Below, one piece after another: positions 1 through 10,535 of a DNA stretch of 59,334 bases. Origin of the DNA: an uncultured Gemmatimonadota bacterium (GTDB lineage: Bacteria > Gemmatimonadota > Gemmatimonadetes > Palauibacterales > KS3-K002); the NCBI GenBank assembly GCA_964348165.1, contig CAYGCC010000179.1:1-59334 (forward strand), given 5' to 3'. Positions within the stretch are counted from its first letter, which is position 1. Every line of letters starts with the position of its first letter. Both the position numbers and the translations under genes were made by a program. The notes beneath the pieces are model-generated. The model had not been told where the DNA came from. It saw nothing but the letters and a program-made list of their open reading frames with translations, and ran no database searches.

Positions 1-80
1 CTCTGCGGCGGGAGGGTGTGCAGCTTGTGCCGCAATCGCTGATCCTTTTGCGCTACAGACATCGAAAGAGCTGATCCTAA

Positions 81-2318
81 ATGAGCCGTGAGCCGCGACA
101 GACCCGGGACAAGGCGCACAGTTCTCTGCTCACCGTTGACCGTGATCAACACGAACGGCTGCTGGCGGGCAACCACCATGATCCCCACAGCATCCTGGGA
201 GCGCACCGCCGTGGCGAAGGCGGGCAACAGGGCGTCGTGATCCGCGCTTTCCACCCCGACGCCGCGTCGGCTGAGTGTATTCTGCCCAGTGGAGAGACCG
301 TCACGCTCGAACCGCTGGGAAAAGGCGGGCTCTTTGCCACGTTCCTCCCGCGTGCGGAGCTGCCGCTCCGCTACCGTCTGCGTTTTAACTTTGCAGACGG
401 CGCGAGCTGGGAGCGGGACGATCCCTACCGGTTCCTGCCCACACTGGGCGATGTCGACCTGCACCTCTTCAACGAAGGTACACATCGCCGCCTCTGGCAT
501 TGCCTCGGCGCGCACCGACGGCAGATCGACGGGATCGATGGTGTGGCGTTCGCCGTGTGGGCGCCGAGTGCTCATCGCGTCAGCGTCATCGGCGATTTTT
601 GTCGCTGGGATGGGCGCGTCTTTCCTATGCGTTCAATGGGAGCCTCTGGGATCTTCGAAATCTTCATCCCCGAGCTCGATCCCGGTGCTCTGTATAAGTA
701 CGAGATCAAGACGCACGGCGGTGCAATCCGCGTGAAAACCGACCCCTTTGCCTTCTACATGGAGCTGCCTCCCGGTTCGGCGTCGCGGGTCTTCTCTTCC
801 AGCTACCGCTGGGGCGACGCCCAGTGGTTGGCGCAGCGTGGGCAGCGAGACCCGAAGAAAGAGCCGATGGCCGTTTACGAGGTCCACCTCGGCTCCTGGG
901 CACGGGTCCCGGAAGAAGGCAACCGGCCGTTGAGCTACAGAGAGATCGCGCCGAAACTGGTCGAGCACGTCAAGCGCTTCGGATTCACTCACCTCGAGCT
1001 TCTGCCCATCAGCGAGTATCCGTTTGCCGGTTCCTGGGGTTATCAGGTCAGCGGCTACTATGCGCCGACGTCGCGGTACGGTACGCCCGACGATTTCCGC
1101 TACCTGGTCGATCTCTGTCACCAGAACGACATCGGCGTCATCCTCGATTGGGTTCCCGCCCACTTTCCCAAGGACGACTTCGCGCTGCGGCTGTTTGATG
1201 GCACCGCGCTTTACGAGCACCAGGACCCGCGTCGCGGGGAGCACCCCGACTGGGGAACTTTGATCTTCAACTACGGGCGCAAGGAGGTCATGAACTTTCT
1301 GATCGCCAACGCGCTGTATTGGATCGACGAGTTTCACATCGATGGCCTGCGCGTCGATGCCGTCGCCTCAATGCTCTATCTCGACTACAGCCGCGAGGAG
1401 GGCGAGTGGGTCCCTAACATCTACGGCGGCAGGGAGAACCTCGAAGCGGTCGAGTTTCTCAAGACCCTCAACGGCACCATCGCGGCGGAAAGGCCAGGTT
1501 GCCTGACCATCGCGGAAGAGTCGACCGCCTGGCCCGGCGTGAGCCGTCCGACCTTCGAAGGGGGCCTCGGCTTCGCGTTCAAGTGGAACATGGGCTGGAT
1601 GCACGATACGCTCGAGTTCTTCAAGAAAGATCCTGTGCACCGAAAGTGGCATCTCGATCAGCTGACCTTCGCCATGCTTTACGAGTACAGCGAGCGCTTC
1701 CTCATGCCGCTCTCGCACGATGAGGTCGTGCACGGCAAGGGATCCTTACTCAGCAAGATGCCCGGAGATGAGTGGCAGAAGTTCGCCAACCTCCGGCTGT
1801 TGCTGACCTACCAGTACACTCGACCCGGCAAGGTTCTGCTGTTCATGGGCGCCGAGCTCGCCCCATATAATGAGTGGCATCACGACGCCAGCCTCGACTG
1901 GCATCTCCAGCACGATCTGTTTCGCGCCGGCCTCGCCCGCTTCCTGGAGGCGCTGGGACAGTTGTATCGGCGAACCCCGGCGCTCTGGCGTGATGACCAC
2001 GAGCACCACGGCTTTTCCTGGATCGACTGCAACGACCGCGACAACACGGTCGTCTCTTATCTACGGCGTAGTGGCGAGGAGCTGGCAGTCGTGGTCCTCA
2101 ACTTCACCTCGGCACCTCGCGACGGGTACCGCATCGGCACGCCCAGCGCCGGCCGCTACGATATCGTCCTCTCCAGTGACAACTCGGAGTTCGGGGGCAG
2201 CCAATTCGAGACCCAGCGGGCCGTCGAAACAGATTCCGTTGCCTTTCACGGATATCCCCAGTCGCTGCAACTCAGGATTCCACCGCTCGGCGCGCTGATC
2301 CTGGTGCCGTCGCGCTAG
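81..2318 (+). CDS. glgB: 1,4-alpha-glucan branching enzyme (GH13)
   Basis: 745-aa ORF with strings typical of GlgB: HDPHSILGAH, GFTHLELLPISEYPFAGSWGYQVSGYYAPTSRYG, GVILDWVPAHFP, HIDGLRVDAVASMLY, TIAEESTAWPGV, LSHDEVVHGKGS. Confidence 0.95.
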   Translation: MSREPRQTRDKAHSSLLTVDRDQHERLLAGNHHDPHSILGAHRRGEGGQQGVVIRAFHPDAASAECILPSGETVTLEPLGKGGLFATFLPRAELPLRYRLRFNFADGASWERDDPYRFLPTLGDVDLHLFNEGTHRRLWHCLGAHRRQIDGIDGVAFAVWAPSAHRVSVIGDFCRWDGRVFPMRSMGASGIFEIFIPELDPGALYKYEIKTHGGAIRVKTDPFAFYMELPPGSASRVFSSSYRWGDAQWLAQRGQRDPKKEPMAVYEVHLGSWARVPEEGNRPLSYREIAPKLVEHVKRFGFTHLELLPISEYPFAGSWGYQVSGYYAPTSRYGTPDDFRYLVDLCHQNDIGVILDWVPAHFPKDDFALRLFDGTALYEHQDPRRGEHPDWGTLIFNYGRKEVMNFLIANALYWIDEFHIDGLRVDAVASMLYLDYSREEGEWVPNIYGGRENLEAVEFLKTLNGTIAAERPGCLTIAEESTAWPGVSRPTFEGGLGFAFKWNMGWMHDTLEFFKKDPVHRKWHLDQLTFAMLYEYSERFLMPLSHDEVVHGKGSLLSKMPGDEWQKFANLRLLLTYQYTRPGKVLLFMGAELAPYNEWHHDASLDWHLQHDLFRAGLARFLEALGQLYRRTPALWRDDHEHHGFSWIDCNDRDNTVVSYLRRSGEELAVVVLNFTSAPRDGYRIGTPSAGRYDIVLSSDNSEFGGSQFETQRAVETDSVAFHGYPQSLQLRIPPLGALILVPSR

Positions 2319-2342
2319 AGTGACCACGCGCTCACCGCTCAG

Positions 2343-5216
2343 GTGGCCGCCCCGCAGATGACAGCGGTTCTTTCCACCTATCGCATCCAAGTGCGCCCGG
2401 ATTTCGACCTGAAGGCCGTCCGCGCGCTCGTTCCCTACCTGGCTGGGCTCGGCGTGAGCCACGTTTATCTCTCTCCCCTGCTGCGCGCTCGCTCCGGCAG
2501 CGACCATGGCTACGACGTCGTCGATCCGACGATGCTCAACCCGGCGCTGGGCTCGGAGGCCGACCTCGAAGCGCTGGTGGAAACACTGCGACGCCGCGAC
2601 ATGGGGCTGATCCTCGACATCGTCCCCAACCACATGGCCACCGGCAGCGAAAACCGGTTCTGGGAGGATGTCCTGATGCACGGGCCGGCCTCGGCTTTCA
2701 GCCCCTGGTTCGACATCGACTGGGGTCCGCCCGAAGCTCGGCGACCCCGACGCATCCTGCAGCCGGTGCTCGGGGAGAGGCTTGGCCGGGTGATCGCCGG
2801 CGGCGACCTGAAGGTCGTAGTGCGCGACCGGCAGTTCCGCATCGAGTACTTTGACCAGAGCTTCCCCCTCGACCCCGCCACGATCCCGTTGATCGCCGAA
2901 GCAGGCGCCACCGACATGGCGAGGGCGGCCCGTGAAGATCAAAAGCTGCGCGAGCTTGAGGCCGTGCTCGGGCGATTGCGGTCGCTGCCGCCCCGCGATC
3001 CGAGTGCGAGAGCGGAGCGCGGCCCCGAGGCGCAGGCAGCCCTCGCACAGCTATGGAGACTCTTCGAGTCCGCTCCGCAGGTGCGCGATCACCTCACCTC
3101 AGCCGTCGCCGCCTTCGCGTCGGAGCGTGAAGGGCGGCGACGCCTGCGCCGGTTGGTGGCGGCACAGGCCTATCGGCTCGCCTACTGGCGAAGAGCGGCG
3201 CGGGAAATCAACTACCGCCGTTTCTTCACGATCAGCCATCTGGTCGCGTTGCGTATGGAGGACGCGCCGGTCTTCGGCGCCACCCACGAGCACATACTGC
3301 GTTGGATTCGCGAGGGAAAAGTAGACGGACTCAGGATCGATCACATCGACGGGCTGCTCGACCCGGGCGGCTACCTCAGGCGCCTTCGAGACACCATCGC
3401 CTCAGTCGCGGCAGACCGGTCCCCGACGCCTTTCCCTCTGTACGTGGAGAAGATCCTTGGGCGCGAGGAACGCCTGCCGGAGCATTGGCCCGTGGCCGGG
3501 ACCACCGGCTACGACTTTCTGGCGGAGCTGGAGGATGCCTTTCTGGACGCGGACGGTTTCCGGGCCGTCGTTCAGACGTATCGGCGTTTCACGCGGCGCG
3601 ACATCGTCTACGCCCAGGTCGCGCGTTCGGCCAAGCGAAAAATGCTCGCCGGGCCTCTGGCCGCCGAGGTCCGACGCCTCTCAAGGCTGTTAGAGCGATT
3701 CGCCCGTTGCTCGACCCAGACACCACTGGATGCCGACGCGCTCACACAAGCGATCATGGAGGCGCTGGTCGCTTTGCCGGTCTATCGCACCTATCTCGAT
3801 TCCGAGCGGCTGGTTTATCGCAAAGAAGACCGGGCGATCCTGATGCAGGCGCTCGCCGAGGCCCGTCGTGCGGGGCGCGCCGATGGCGACGCCCTCGAGC
3901 TTCTGTCCGGCGCCTTGTTGCTTTCAGGACGCGACGCGCTCCCGGCGCTGGCGACCGATCACGCCACGCAGTTCGTTCGGAGGTTCCAGCAAACCAGTGT
4001 GTCTGTCGCGGCCAAGAGCATCGAGGACACAGCCTTCTACATCTTCGTGCCACTGGCCTCTCGCAACGAGGTGGGCAACGATCCCGACGCTCCGCTGGCC
4101 GACGGCGCGGCCACGCTCCACGCTGCGAACCGGCGCCGTGCCAACCGCTGGCCGAACGCTATGCTCTGTACCAGCACCCATGACACCAAACGAAGCGCCG
4201 ATGTGCGGGCGCGCCTCTCCGTTCTGTCCGAGATCCCCGAAGCTTGGGACAGACACCTGCGGCGCTGGCACCGCTGGAATCGCCACCACCGCGGGCGCGT
4301 GCGAGGGAGCTACGCGCCGGATCGCAACACCGAGTATCTGCTGTACCAGACCCTCGTCGGCGTCTGGCCCCTCGACCAAACGGCGCTCGCTGAGCAGCAC
4401 GTCCCGGCGACGTTCAAGCAGCGGATTGAGGCGTACATGTTGAAGGCGGCCCGCGAGGCGAAGCTGCAAACGAGCTGGGTCGAGCCCAACGCCCGGTTCG
4501 AGGCCGCGTTATCGAGTTTCGTGGATGCCGTGCTCTCGCCGCCGGCGTCGCGGCGCTTTCTCGCCGACCTGGCAAGCTTCGCCGGGGTGGTCGGCCGCTC
4601 GGCAATCTGGGCCGGCCTGGCCAGAGCGCTCATCCACCTGACATCGCCGGGGTTACCCGACATCTATCAAGGCGACGAACTCCGGAACGCGAACCTCGTC
4701 GATCCGGATAATCGGCGACCCGTGGACTTCGACCAGCGGCGTGCCCTGCTGGCGATGGTCGTCAACAGGCACGAGTCGGCGACCGATCGCCGAGCCTTCA
4801 TTGAAGAGATGCTCGCCTCACCCGAGGACGGGCGCGTCAAGCTTCACGTCATTCACCGGGCGCTTCGATCGCGCCGGGACCTTCCCGAGCTCTTCTCGCA
4901 AGGCGACTACATCGCCCTCCCAGTCTCGGGCCCGCACGCCGCCCATGTCTTCGCCTTTGCGCGCCGCCTGGGAGACCGGGCAGCGATCACCGTCGCCCCC
5001 TTGCGCGTCACGCGGCTGACCGGAGCGTCAGGACTTCCGCCCATCGGGCCTGAGGTCTGGCGCGAGACGCGCCTCTCGCTACCGGAGGGGCTTTCACGAG
5101 GCGCTTGGCAATCTCAGTTGACCTACGAGTCGCAGCCAGCGGTTGCCAGCGACCCAAGCCTCCTCGTCGGGGAAGCTCTTCGGTCTTTCCCTGTGGCGCT
5201 GCTGGTTTCGACCTGA
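2343..5216 (+). CDS. treY: malto-oligosyltrehalose synthase
   Basis: 957-aa ORF with a GTG start 25 nt after glgB. Family hallmarks present: STYRIQVRPDFDL, PYLAGLGVSHVYLSPLLRARSGSDHGYDVVDP, ILDIVPNHMA, VDGLRIDHIDGL, TSTHDTKRSADVRAR. Confidence 0.93.
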   Translation: MAAPQMTAVLSTYRIQVRPDFDLKAVRALVPYLAGLGVSHVYLSPLLRARSGSDHGYDVVDPTMLNPALGSEADLEALVETLRRRDMGLILDIVPNHMATGSENRFWEDVLMHGPASAFSPWFDIDWGPPEARRPRRILQPVLGERLGRVIAGGDLKVVVRDRQFRIEYFDQSFPLDPATIPLIAEAGATDMARAAREDQKLRELEAVLGRLRSLPPRDPSARAERGPEAQAALAQLWRLFESAPQVRDHLTSAVAAFASEREGRRRLRRLVAAQAYRLAYWRRAAREINYRRFFTISHLVALRMEDAPVFGATHEHILRWIREGKVDGLRIDHIDGLLDPGGYLRRLRDTIASVAADRSPTPFPLYVEKILGREERLPEHWPVAGTTGYDFLAELEDAFLDADGFRAVVQTYRRFTRRDIVYAQVARSAKRKMLAGPLAAEVRRLSRLLERFARCSTQTPLDADALTQAIMEALVALPVYRTYLDSERLVYRKEDRAILMQALAEARRAGRADGDALELLSGALLLSGRDALPALATDHATQFVRRFQQTSVSVAAKSIEDTAFYIFVPLASRNEVGNDPDAPLADGAATLHAANRRRANRWPNAMLCTSTHDTKRSADVRARLSVLSEIPEAWDRHLRRWHRWNRHHRGRVRGSYAPDRNTEYLLYQTLVGVWPLDQTALAEQHVPATFKQRIEAYMLKAAREAKLQTSWVEPNARFEAALSSFVDAVLSPPASRRFLADLASFAGVVGRSAIWAGLARALIHLTSPGLPDIYQGDELRNANLVDPDNRRPVDFDQRRALLAMVVNRHESATDRRAFIEEMLASPEDGRVKLHVIHRALRSRRDLPELFSQGDYIALPVSGPHAAHVFAFARRLGDRAAITVAPLRVTRLTGASGLPPIGPEVWRETRLSLPEGLSRGAWQSQLTYESQPAVASDPSLLVGEALRSFPVALLVST

Positions 5217-5403
5217 CCGCTCGGCTCAGGCAAGATCGGGACTGCCAGCGCGCCGTCACGCGGCTGGCACGACGTGTGTAGGGTTCCGTTCGGGCAGCCC
5301 GCTCTTGACAAAACCGGCCCGCCGGAGAGTCTATGCGGATCGTGTTCGGCGGGGGGTGTGGCCCGGCCGCTGTTGATGGCCCGGAGCCCGGGGCGAAAGG
5401 GTT

Positions 5404-7143
5404 ATGGCGCTTACAGTACATCGCGATCGGCCCGCGATCGCTTACTTCTCGATGGAGATCGCCCTCGATGCCGCGATCCCGACCTACTCGGGGGGGCTGG
5501 GGGTCCTGGCCGGCGACATCCTGCGAGCCGCAGCTGACCTGGGGCTGCCGATGGTCGGCGTGACTCTGCTCCACCGCAAAGGCTATTTCGCTCAGCGGAT
5601 CGACTCAGCGGGCAACCAGTCCGAGCGCCCCTCGTTCTGGTCACCTGAAGAGCTGCTCGAACCGCTGCACACCATCGTCCGTGTGAACGTCGAGGGCAGG
5701 AAGGTCAGTCTGCGGCCGTGGCAGTTCTACGTGCGTGGCATCGACGGTCACGCGCTTCCGGTTCTGCTGCTCGACACCCAGCTGTCCGAGAACAGCAAGT
5801 GGGACCAGACCCTCACCGATCAGCTTTACGGCGGCGATGAGCGCTACCGACTCTGCCAGGAGACGCTGCTGGGGATCGGCGGAGTGGCCGTGCTGAGGGC
5901 GCTCGGCTATGAGAAACATCTCGTCTATCACATGAACGAAGGGCACTCGGCACTACTCACGCTGGCGCTTTTGGAAGAGCGACTGGGTGCGCAGCGATCG
6001 CAGATCGACGCTGAGACCATCGAGTCTGTTCGCCGTCGCTGCATCTTCACGACTCACACCCCCGTGCCCGCGGGGCACGATCAGTTTCCGCTCGATCTCG
6101 TCACCGGGGTGCTCGGCGAGGCTCGGACCCAGGCGCTGAGAGACGGCCAGTGTCTCCTCAACGGCACGCTGAACATGACCTACCTGGGACTTCGGTTGTC
6201 CCGATACGTCAATGGCGTCTCGATGCGGCACGGCGAGGTGTCGCTCGACATGTTTCCGGGCTATCCCATTCATGCGATCACCAACGGCGTACATGCCTCT
6301 ACCTGGACCGCCCAGCCCTTCTGCGAGCTCTTCGACCGACACACGCCCGGCTGGCGGCACGACAACCGCTATCTGCGTTACGCGATACAGATCCCGGTCG
6401 AAGAGATCCAGCAGAGCCACCTTCGGGCCAAGCAGGATCTGCTCCGCACAGTTGAGCGTGTGAGCGGCGTGCGCTTGTCCGAGGAGGTCATGACCATTGG
6501 CTTCGCTCGGCGAGCGACCCCGTACAAACGAGCCGATCTGCTGTTACGGGATCCCGAGCGGCTGAGAGAGCTGGCCCGGCGCGTCGGGGGCCTGCAGATC
6601 ATCTACGCCGGCAAGGCCCACCCTCGCGACGAGCCGGGCAAAGACTTGATCCGACGAATCGTCGCCAGGGCGAAAGAGCTGGCGGAGGATGTGCGCGTGG
6701 TCTTTATCGAGAACTACGACATGGGGCTGGCGAAGGATCTGTGCTCCGGGGTCGACCTTTGGCTCAACACGCCGCGCCGTCCTCAAGAGGCGTCCGGGAC
6801 CAGCGGGATGAAGGCCGCCTGCAACGGCGTGCCGAGCCTGAGTGTGCTGGACGGCTGGTGGATCGAGGGACACATCGAGGGCGTGACCGGCTGGTCGGTC
6901 CTGCCCAGGGACGGTGCCGCCCATGATGAGTCGGTTGAGATCGCCGGGCTCTACGAGAAGCTGGAGACGGTGATAGCGCCTCTCTTCTACGACCGGCCCG
7001 CCGCCTACGCCGAGGTCATGCGCTCGGCGATCGCCCTGAACGCCTCTTTCTTCAACACGCAGCGGGTGGTGTCGCAGTATCTGCGGAACGCTTACGCGGT
7101 GCCGGGCAGCTTCGAATCCGAGAGCTGGGCTCCCGCGCTGTAA
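5404..7143 (+). CDS. glgP: alpha-glucan family phosphorylase (GT35, short form)
   Basis: 579-aa ORF. N-terminus IAYFSMEIALDAAIPTYSGGLGVLAGDILRAAADLGLPMVGVTLLHRKGYF. PLP-lysine region EASGTSGMKAACNGVPSLSVLDGWW. Confidence 0.88.
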   Translation: MALTVHRDRPAIAYFSMEIALDAAIPTYSGGLGVLAGDILRAAADLGLPMVGVTLLHRKGYFAQRIDSAGNQSERPSFWSPEELLEPLHTIVRVNVEGRKVSLRPWQFYVRGIDGHALPVLLLDTQLSENSKWDQTLTDQLYGGDERYRLCQETLLGIGGVAVLRALGYEKHLVYHMNEGHSALLTLALLEERLGAQRSQIDAETIESVRRRCIFTTHTPVPAGHDQFPLDLVTGVLGEARTQALRDGQCLLNGTLNMTYLGLRLSRYVNGVSMRHGEVSLDMFPGYPIHAITNGVHASTWTAQPFCELFDRHTPGWRHDNRYLRYAIQIPVEEIQQSHLRAKQDLLRTVERVSGVRLSEEVMTIGFARRATPYKRADLLLRDPERLRELARRVGGLQIIYAGKAHPRDEPGKDLIRRIVARAKELAEDVRVVFIENYDMGLAKDLCSGVDLWLNTPRRPQEASGTSGMKAACNGVPSLSVLDGWWIEGHIEGVTGWSVLPRDGAAHDESVEIAGLYEKLETVIAPLFYDRPAAYAEVMRSAIALNASFFNTQRVVSQYLRNAYAVPGSFESESWAPAL

Positions 7144-7230
7144 GGGCAGACGCCGCCGCCGACGCGAGCCCGGCGATCTCAGGTTCCGGGCCGCGGCGAC
7201 GCGGGGGGCGCGTCGCGGCCGGTGGGAGAG

Positions 7231-9708
7231 CTACCGGCCGCGGCTGGAGCCTCGCTGCGGCTTCGTGGCTTCGCCGGAATCGATCTTCGACTCCGCCGGG
7301 CTCTTCTCCCTCCTGACCAGATCGAAACTCTTTGTCTCGCCGCGCTTGAAGGTGTAAATGCGGCCGTCCACGCCGATCCGTGCATAGGGCGACCAAGCTC
7401 CTTCGAACGACACGGTCAGCTTCTCGTGGTTCATGTGAAGCGTGAACCAGTGGCCGCGGTATTGGATGCGCGAGCTTACGCTCTTCAGCTCCTTGGGAAG
7501 CGCAGGGTGCAGCCACAGCACCCCCTCCCGCAACGCGATTCCGCTGTAACAGCGCTGGATGATGTCCACGGTGCCGGCCATAGCACCGAGGTGTATTCCC
7601 TCCGGCGTGGTGCCGCCCTGCACGTCCTTGAGATCGCTCATCAGAGCGGCCTCGAACCAACGCCAGCTGCGCGCACGGTCCGACCGCGCCTGCACCCAAG
7701 AGTTGATCAGCGCGCTCAGGGTGGAACCGTGGGATGTGCGTCGCAGGTAGTATTCGATGTTCTTGGGAATCCATTCCGGCTTGAACTCGTAGTCGAGCCG
7801 CTCGAAGAGCTGGGTGAGTCGCTCAGCCGAAAACAGGTACAAAAGCATGAGCACGTCCGCCTGTTTGCTGACCTTGTACCGGTTGGCCGAGTCGCCCTCG
7901 GCTTCCAGGATGCGATCGAGCCGGTGGATATCCCCATACTTCGCCCTGTAGCCTTCCCAGTCGAATTCCTCCAGATCTTCGTAACCCTCGAACTGGCTGA
8001 TTATGCACTCATCGTGGAATGGCACGAACAAACGCCGGCCGATTCGATCCCACTCGGCGATCTCTTCATCTGTAAGCTGCAGATCCTCGAAGATCTCTTC
8101 CCGACAGTCGCCGTCGAGCAGCTCTGCCACGTGACCGGCACACTCCAGCACCCACGCGGCCATCACGTTGGTATAGGCGTTGTTGTCGAGCCCCGGCTGC
8201 TTGGCATCAGGTAACGCCGTGTGGTACTCGTCGGGACCTACAACGCCGCGGATCTCGTAGCGGTCGCGGTCGGGGTTGTAGGTAGCGATGCTGGCCCAGA
8301 AGCGGGCGATCTCTAAGATGATCCGCGAACCGTAGGTGCAGATGAACTCGCGGCGCCCGGTACTCTGGTAGTGGCGCCAGACGTTGTAGGCGATGGCAGA
8401 GTTCACATGCCGCTGTAGATGAGTGTCGTCGGGTATCCAGCGGCCCGACTTCGGATTGAGATGAACCACCTGGCTCTCTTCCCGACCGTCGCTGCCACTC
8501 TGCCAGGGGTAAAGTGCCCCGCGAAAGCCGGCCTCACGCGCCAGGCGGCGCGCCTCGGGCAACCGGCGGAATCGATACATCAACAGAGCGCGGGCGATCT
8601 CCGGGACGCGCAGCTCGAGGAACGGGAAGATGTAGAGCTCATCCCAGAAGATGTGGCCGCGGTACGCCTCTCCGTGCAGGCCGCGGGCCGGAACACCGAC
8701 ATCGAGCTCGACCGTGTTGGGCGAAACGGTCTGCAGCAGGTGGAAGATGTGAACCCTCAGCGCCAGCTGCGCTTCCGGCACGCCTTCCAGCTCGATATCA
8801 CAGCGGTGCCAGAGTCGGTGCCAGGCGAGGATGTGGGTTCGCAACAACTCGTCGAACTTTCCCGACCGCTGACTCGCGCGCCCCGCCTCATCAGCTGGAG
8901 AGCTGATCGCCCAGTCCCGAGACGTGTAGATCGCCGCTACCTTCTCGATCTTGAAGGGCTCGCCCTCACGACACTGGAAGCTGAGCAGCTGCTCGATGTA
9001 GCCCGACTCCTGCTTCGTCGCCCGCTCGACCTCCAGTGGCTCGGCGCCTCGGTAAACCCGGGTACGCGCCGCCTGAGCCATCTCGATCCGCGACTGGCTG
9101 GTCTGTACCAGCAGGCCGATACCATCCTCGCCTACCGGCTCCGTCGACAAGTGCTCGAGATGGCGGCCGTCGAAGTCGCGATAACGCGCCACGCCACGGT
9201 TCTCGACTCTGCCGTCCAGCGCCGAGCGCACCTGCACCGGCCCGGACCAGTCCTCGGGAGTAAGGATCCATTCCGTCGCCGCCATGTGCATGTCCGCCAT
9301 GTGCACCAGGCGGCGACTGCGCAGCGAGGTCCTTCGCCCCTCACGGTCTCGAAAGCGGATGGCCCATTCGAGGATGCCGTTCCTGATATCAAGCTCCTGC
9401 CGGTAGTCCAGAACATCGACCGATTCCAACGCGAACCAATCGCCGCCCTCCAGCCGAAACGTGAGGAAGGTCCAGTTGGGCCAGTTGACCAGGTCTTCGT
9501 TTTCTACGATCCGGCCGGCGATCTCGGTCTTGAGGCGGTTGTAGCCACCGGCGAGATAGGTTCCCGGGTAATGACCCCCCCCGGCCATCACCATGCTCAT
9601 GGCACCGCGGGTGGCGAAATAGCCGTTGCCGAGCGTACACAACGCTTCGCGCAGAGGCTCTTCCTTTGGATTCCACCCTTCGTAGATCAGCCTCCACCCA
9701 TCCATCAT
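7231..9708 (-). CDS. glycoside hydrolase family 65 phosphorylase (trehalose/kojibiose/maltose phosphorylase-like)
   Basis: 825-aa ORF. N-terminus EGWNPKEEPLREALCTLGNGYFATRGA and central GEAYRGHIFWDELYIFPF are GH65-type. Its start overlaps the otsB stop by 4 nt. Confidence 0.88.
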   Translation of the reverse strand: MMDGWRLIYEGWNPKEEPLREALCTLGNGYFATRGAMSMVMAGGGHYPGTYLAGGYNRLKTEIAGRIVENEDLVNWPNWTFLTFRLEGGDWFALESVDVLDYRQELDIRNGILEWAIRFRDREGRRTSLRSRRLVHMADMHMAATEWILTPEDWSGPVQVRSALDGRVENRGVARYRDFDGRHLEHLSTEPVGEDGIGLLVQTSQSRIEMAQAARTRVYRGAEPLEVERATKQESGYIEQLLSFQCREGEPFKIEKVAAIYTSRDWAISSPADEAGRASQRSGKFDELLRTHILAWHRLWHRCDIELEGVPEAQLALRVHIFHLLQTVSPNTVELDVGVPARGLHGEAYRGHIFWDELYIFPFLELRVPEIARALLMYRFRRLPEARRLAREAGFRGALYPWQSGSDGREESQVVHLNPKSGRWIPDDTHLQRHVNSAIAYNVWRHYQSTGRREFICTYGSRIILEIARFWASIATYNPDRDRYEIRGVVGPDEYHTALPDAKQPGLDNNAYTNVMAAWVLECAGHVAELLDGDCREEIFEDLQLTDEEIAEWDRIGRRLFVPFHDECIISQFEGYEDLEEFDWEGYRAKYGDIHRLDRILEAEGDSANRYKVSKQADVLMLLYLFSAERLTQLFERLDYEFKPEWIPKNIEYYLRRTSHGSTLSALINSWVQARSDRARSWRWFEAALMSDLKDVQGGTTPEGIHLGAMAGTVDIIQRCYSGIALREGVLWLHPALPKELKSVSSRIQYRGHWFTLHMNHEKLTVSFEGAWSPYARIGVDGRIYTFKRGETKSFDLVRREKSPAESKIDSGEATKPQRGSSRGR

Positions 9709-10535
9709 CGCCCGTCCTTCAGCAGTGTGACCATTTGCTGCAAAAACTGCCGCACCTCGCCCGTGTCTCGCAAGCCGTAGGTCGCGTGCGTCAGGTACGA
9801 GGGGCTGCCCACGAGAACTCCAACCCCGCAGTCCGCCAGCGTCAGAAACGCATCTTCATCGGTCACATCATCGCCGACGTAGAACGGCACGAATCTCGAA
9901 TCGTCGAGTTCGAGAGCTTCGAGCAGCCAGATCACGGCACGGCCCTTGTCCCAGTCGATGTCCGGCCTCAGCTCGAATACCTTCTTTCCGTGCGATATCC
10001 TCAAACTCGGATGTTGGGCTGCCACCTCACGCACCACCTTCTCGACCCTGGGGGCATCCGACTCGGCGACGTTGCGATAGTGGTTGGCGATCGCGAATCG
10101 TTTACGCTCTACGCGGGCCCCGCCAATCGCCCCGAGCGCCGACCGCAGTCCGGCCTCGGCCTCCTCGAGTTCGGGCAGACAGGCGCGGCCACCCTCATGT
10201 TCCATCCGCAGTCCGTCGGGCCCGCGGATGTCGAAGCCATGGCTCCCGGCGTAGACCAACCCGTCAAGCGCCACCAACGGTTCCACATCCGCCCGATCGC
10301 GACCGCTGACGATGGCAACTGTGCAGAGACCGGCCAGCTCGCGCAGCACCCGCCGCATGTCTTCCGACAGCAACGCATCCTCCGGCTGCGACACGATCGG
10401 CGTCAACGTGCCATCGTAATCCAGAAACAAGGCCGGCCAGCGCCCCTTGAGCTCCGCGACGATCGCGTCGCCCGACTCCAGCGCCGAGGGAAGCTCGTCG
10501 GCTCGTCGCGTGCCCTCGCGATGCCCTTCGATCAT
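9705..10535 (-). CDS. otsB: trehalose-phosphatase (HAD)
   Basis: 276-aa ORF with LFLDYDGTLTP, IVSGRDRADV and FYVGDDVTDEDAF motifs. It has 4-nt overlaps with both neighbours. Confidence 0.88.
   Translation of the reverse strand: MIEGHREGTRRADELPSALESGDAIVAELKGRWPALFLDYDGTLTPIVSQPEDALLSEDMRRVLRELAGLCTVAIVSGRDRADVEPLVALDGLVYAGSHGFDIRGPDGLRMEHEGGRACLPELEEAEAGLRSALGAIGGARVERKRFAIANHYRNVAESDAPRVEKVVREVAAQHPSLRISHGKKVFELRPDIDWDKGRAVIWLLEALELDDSRFVPFYVGDDVTDEDAFLTLADCGVGVLVGSPSYLTHATYGLRDTGEVRQFLQQMVTLLKDGR

Noticed and set aside
7196-7216. GC hairpin GCGACGCG-ggggg-CGCGTCGC between the convergent glgP and GH65 genes, considered as a bidirectional terminator
   Set aside because: It has no U/A tracts on either side. 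Such GC palindromes arise easily at this GC content. The evidence is too weak to list it as a feature.
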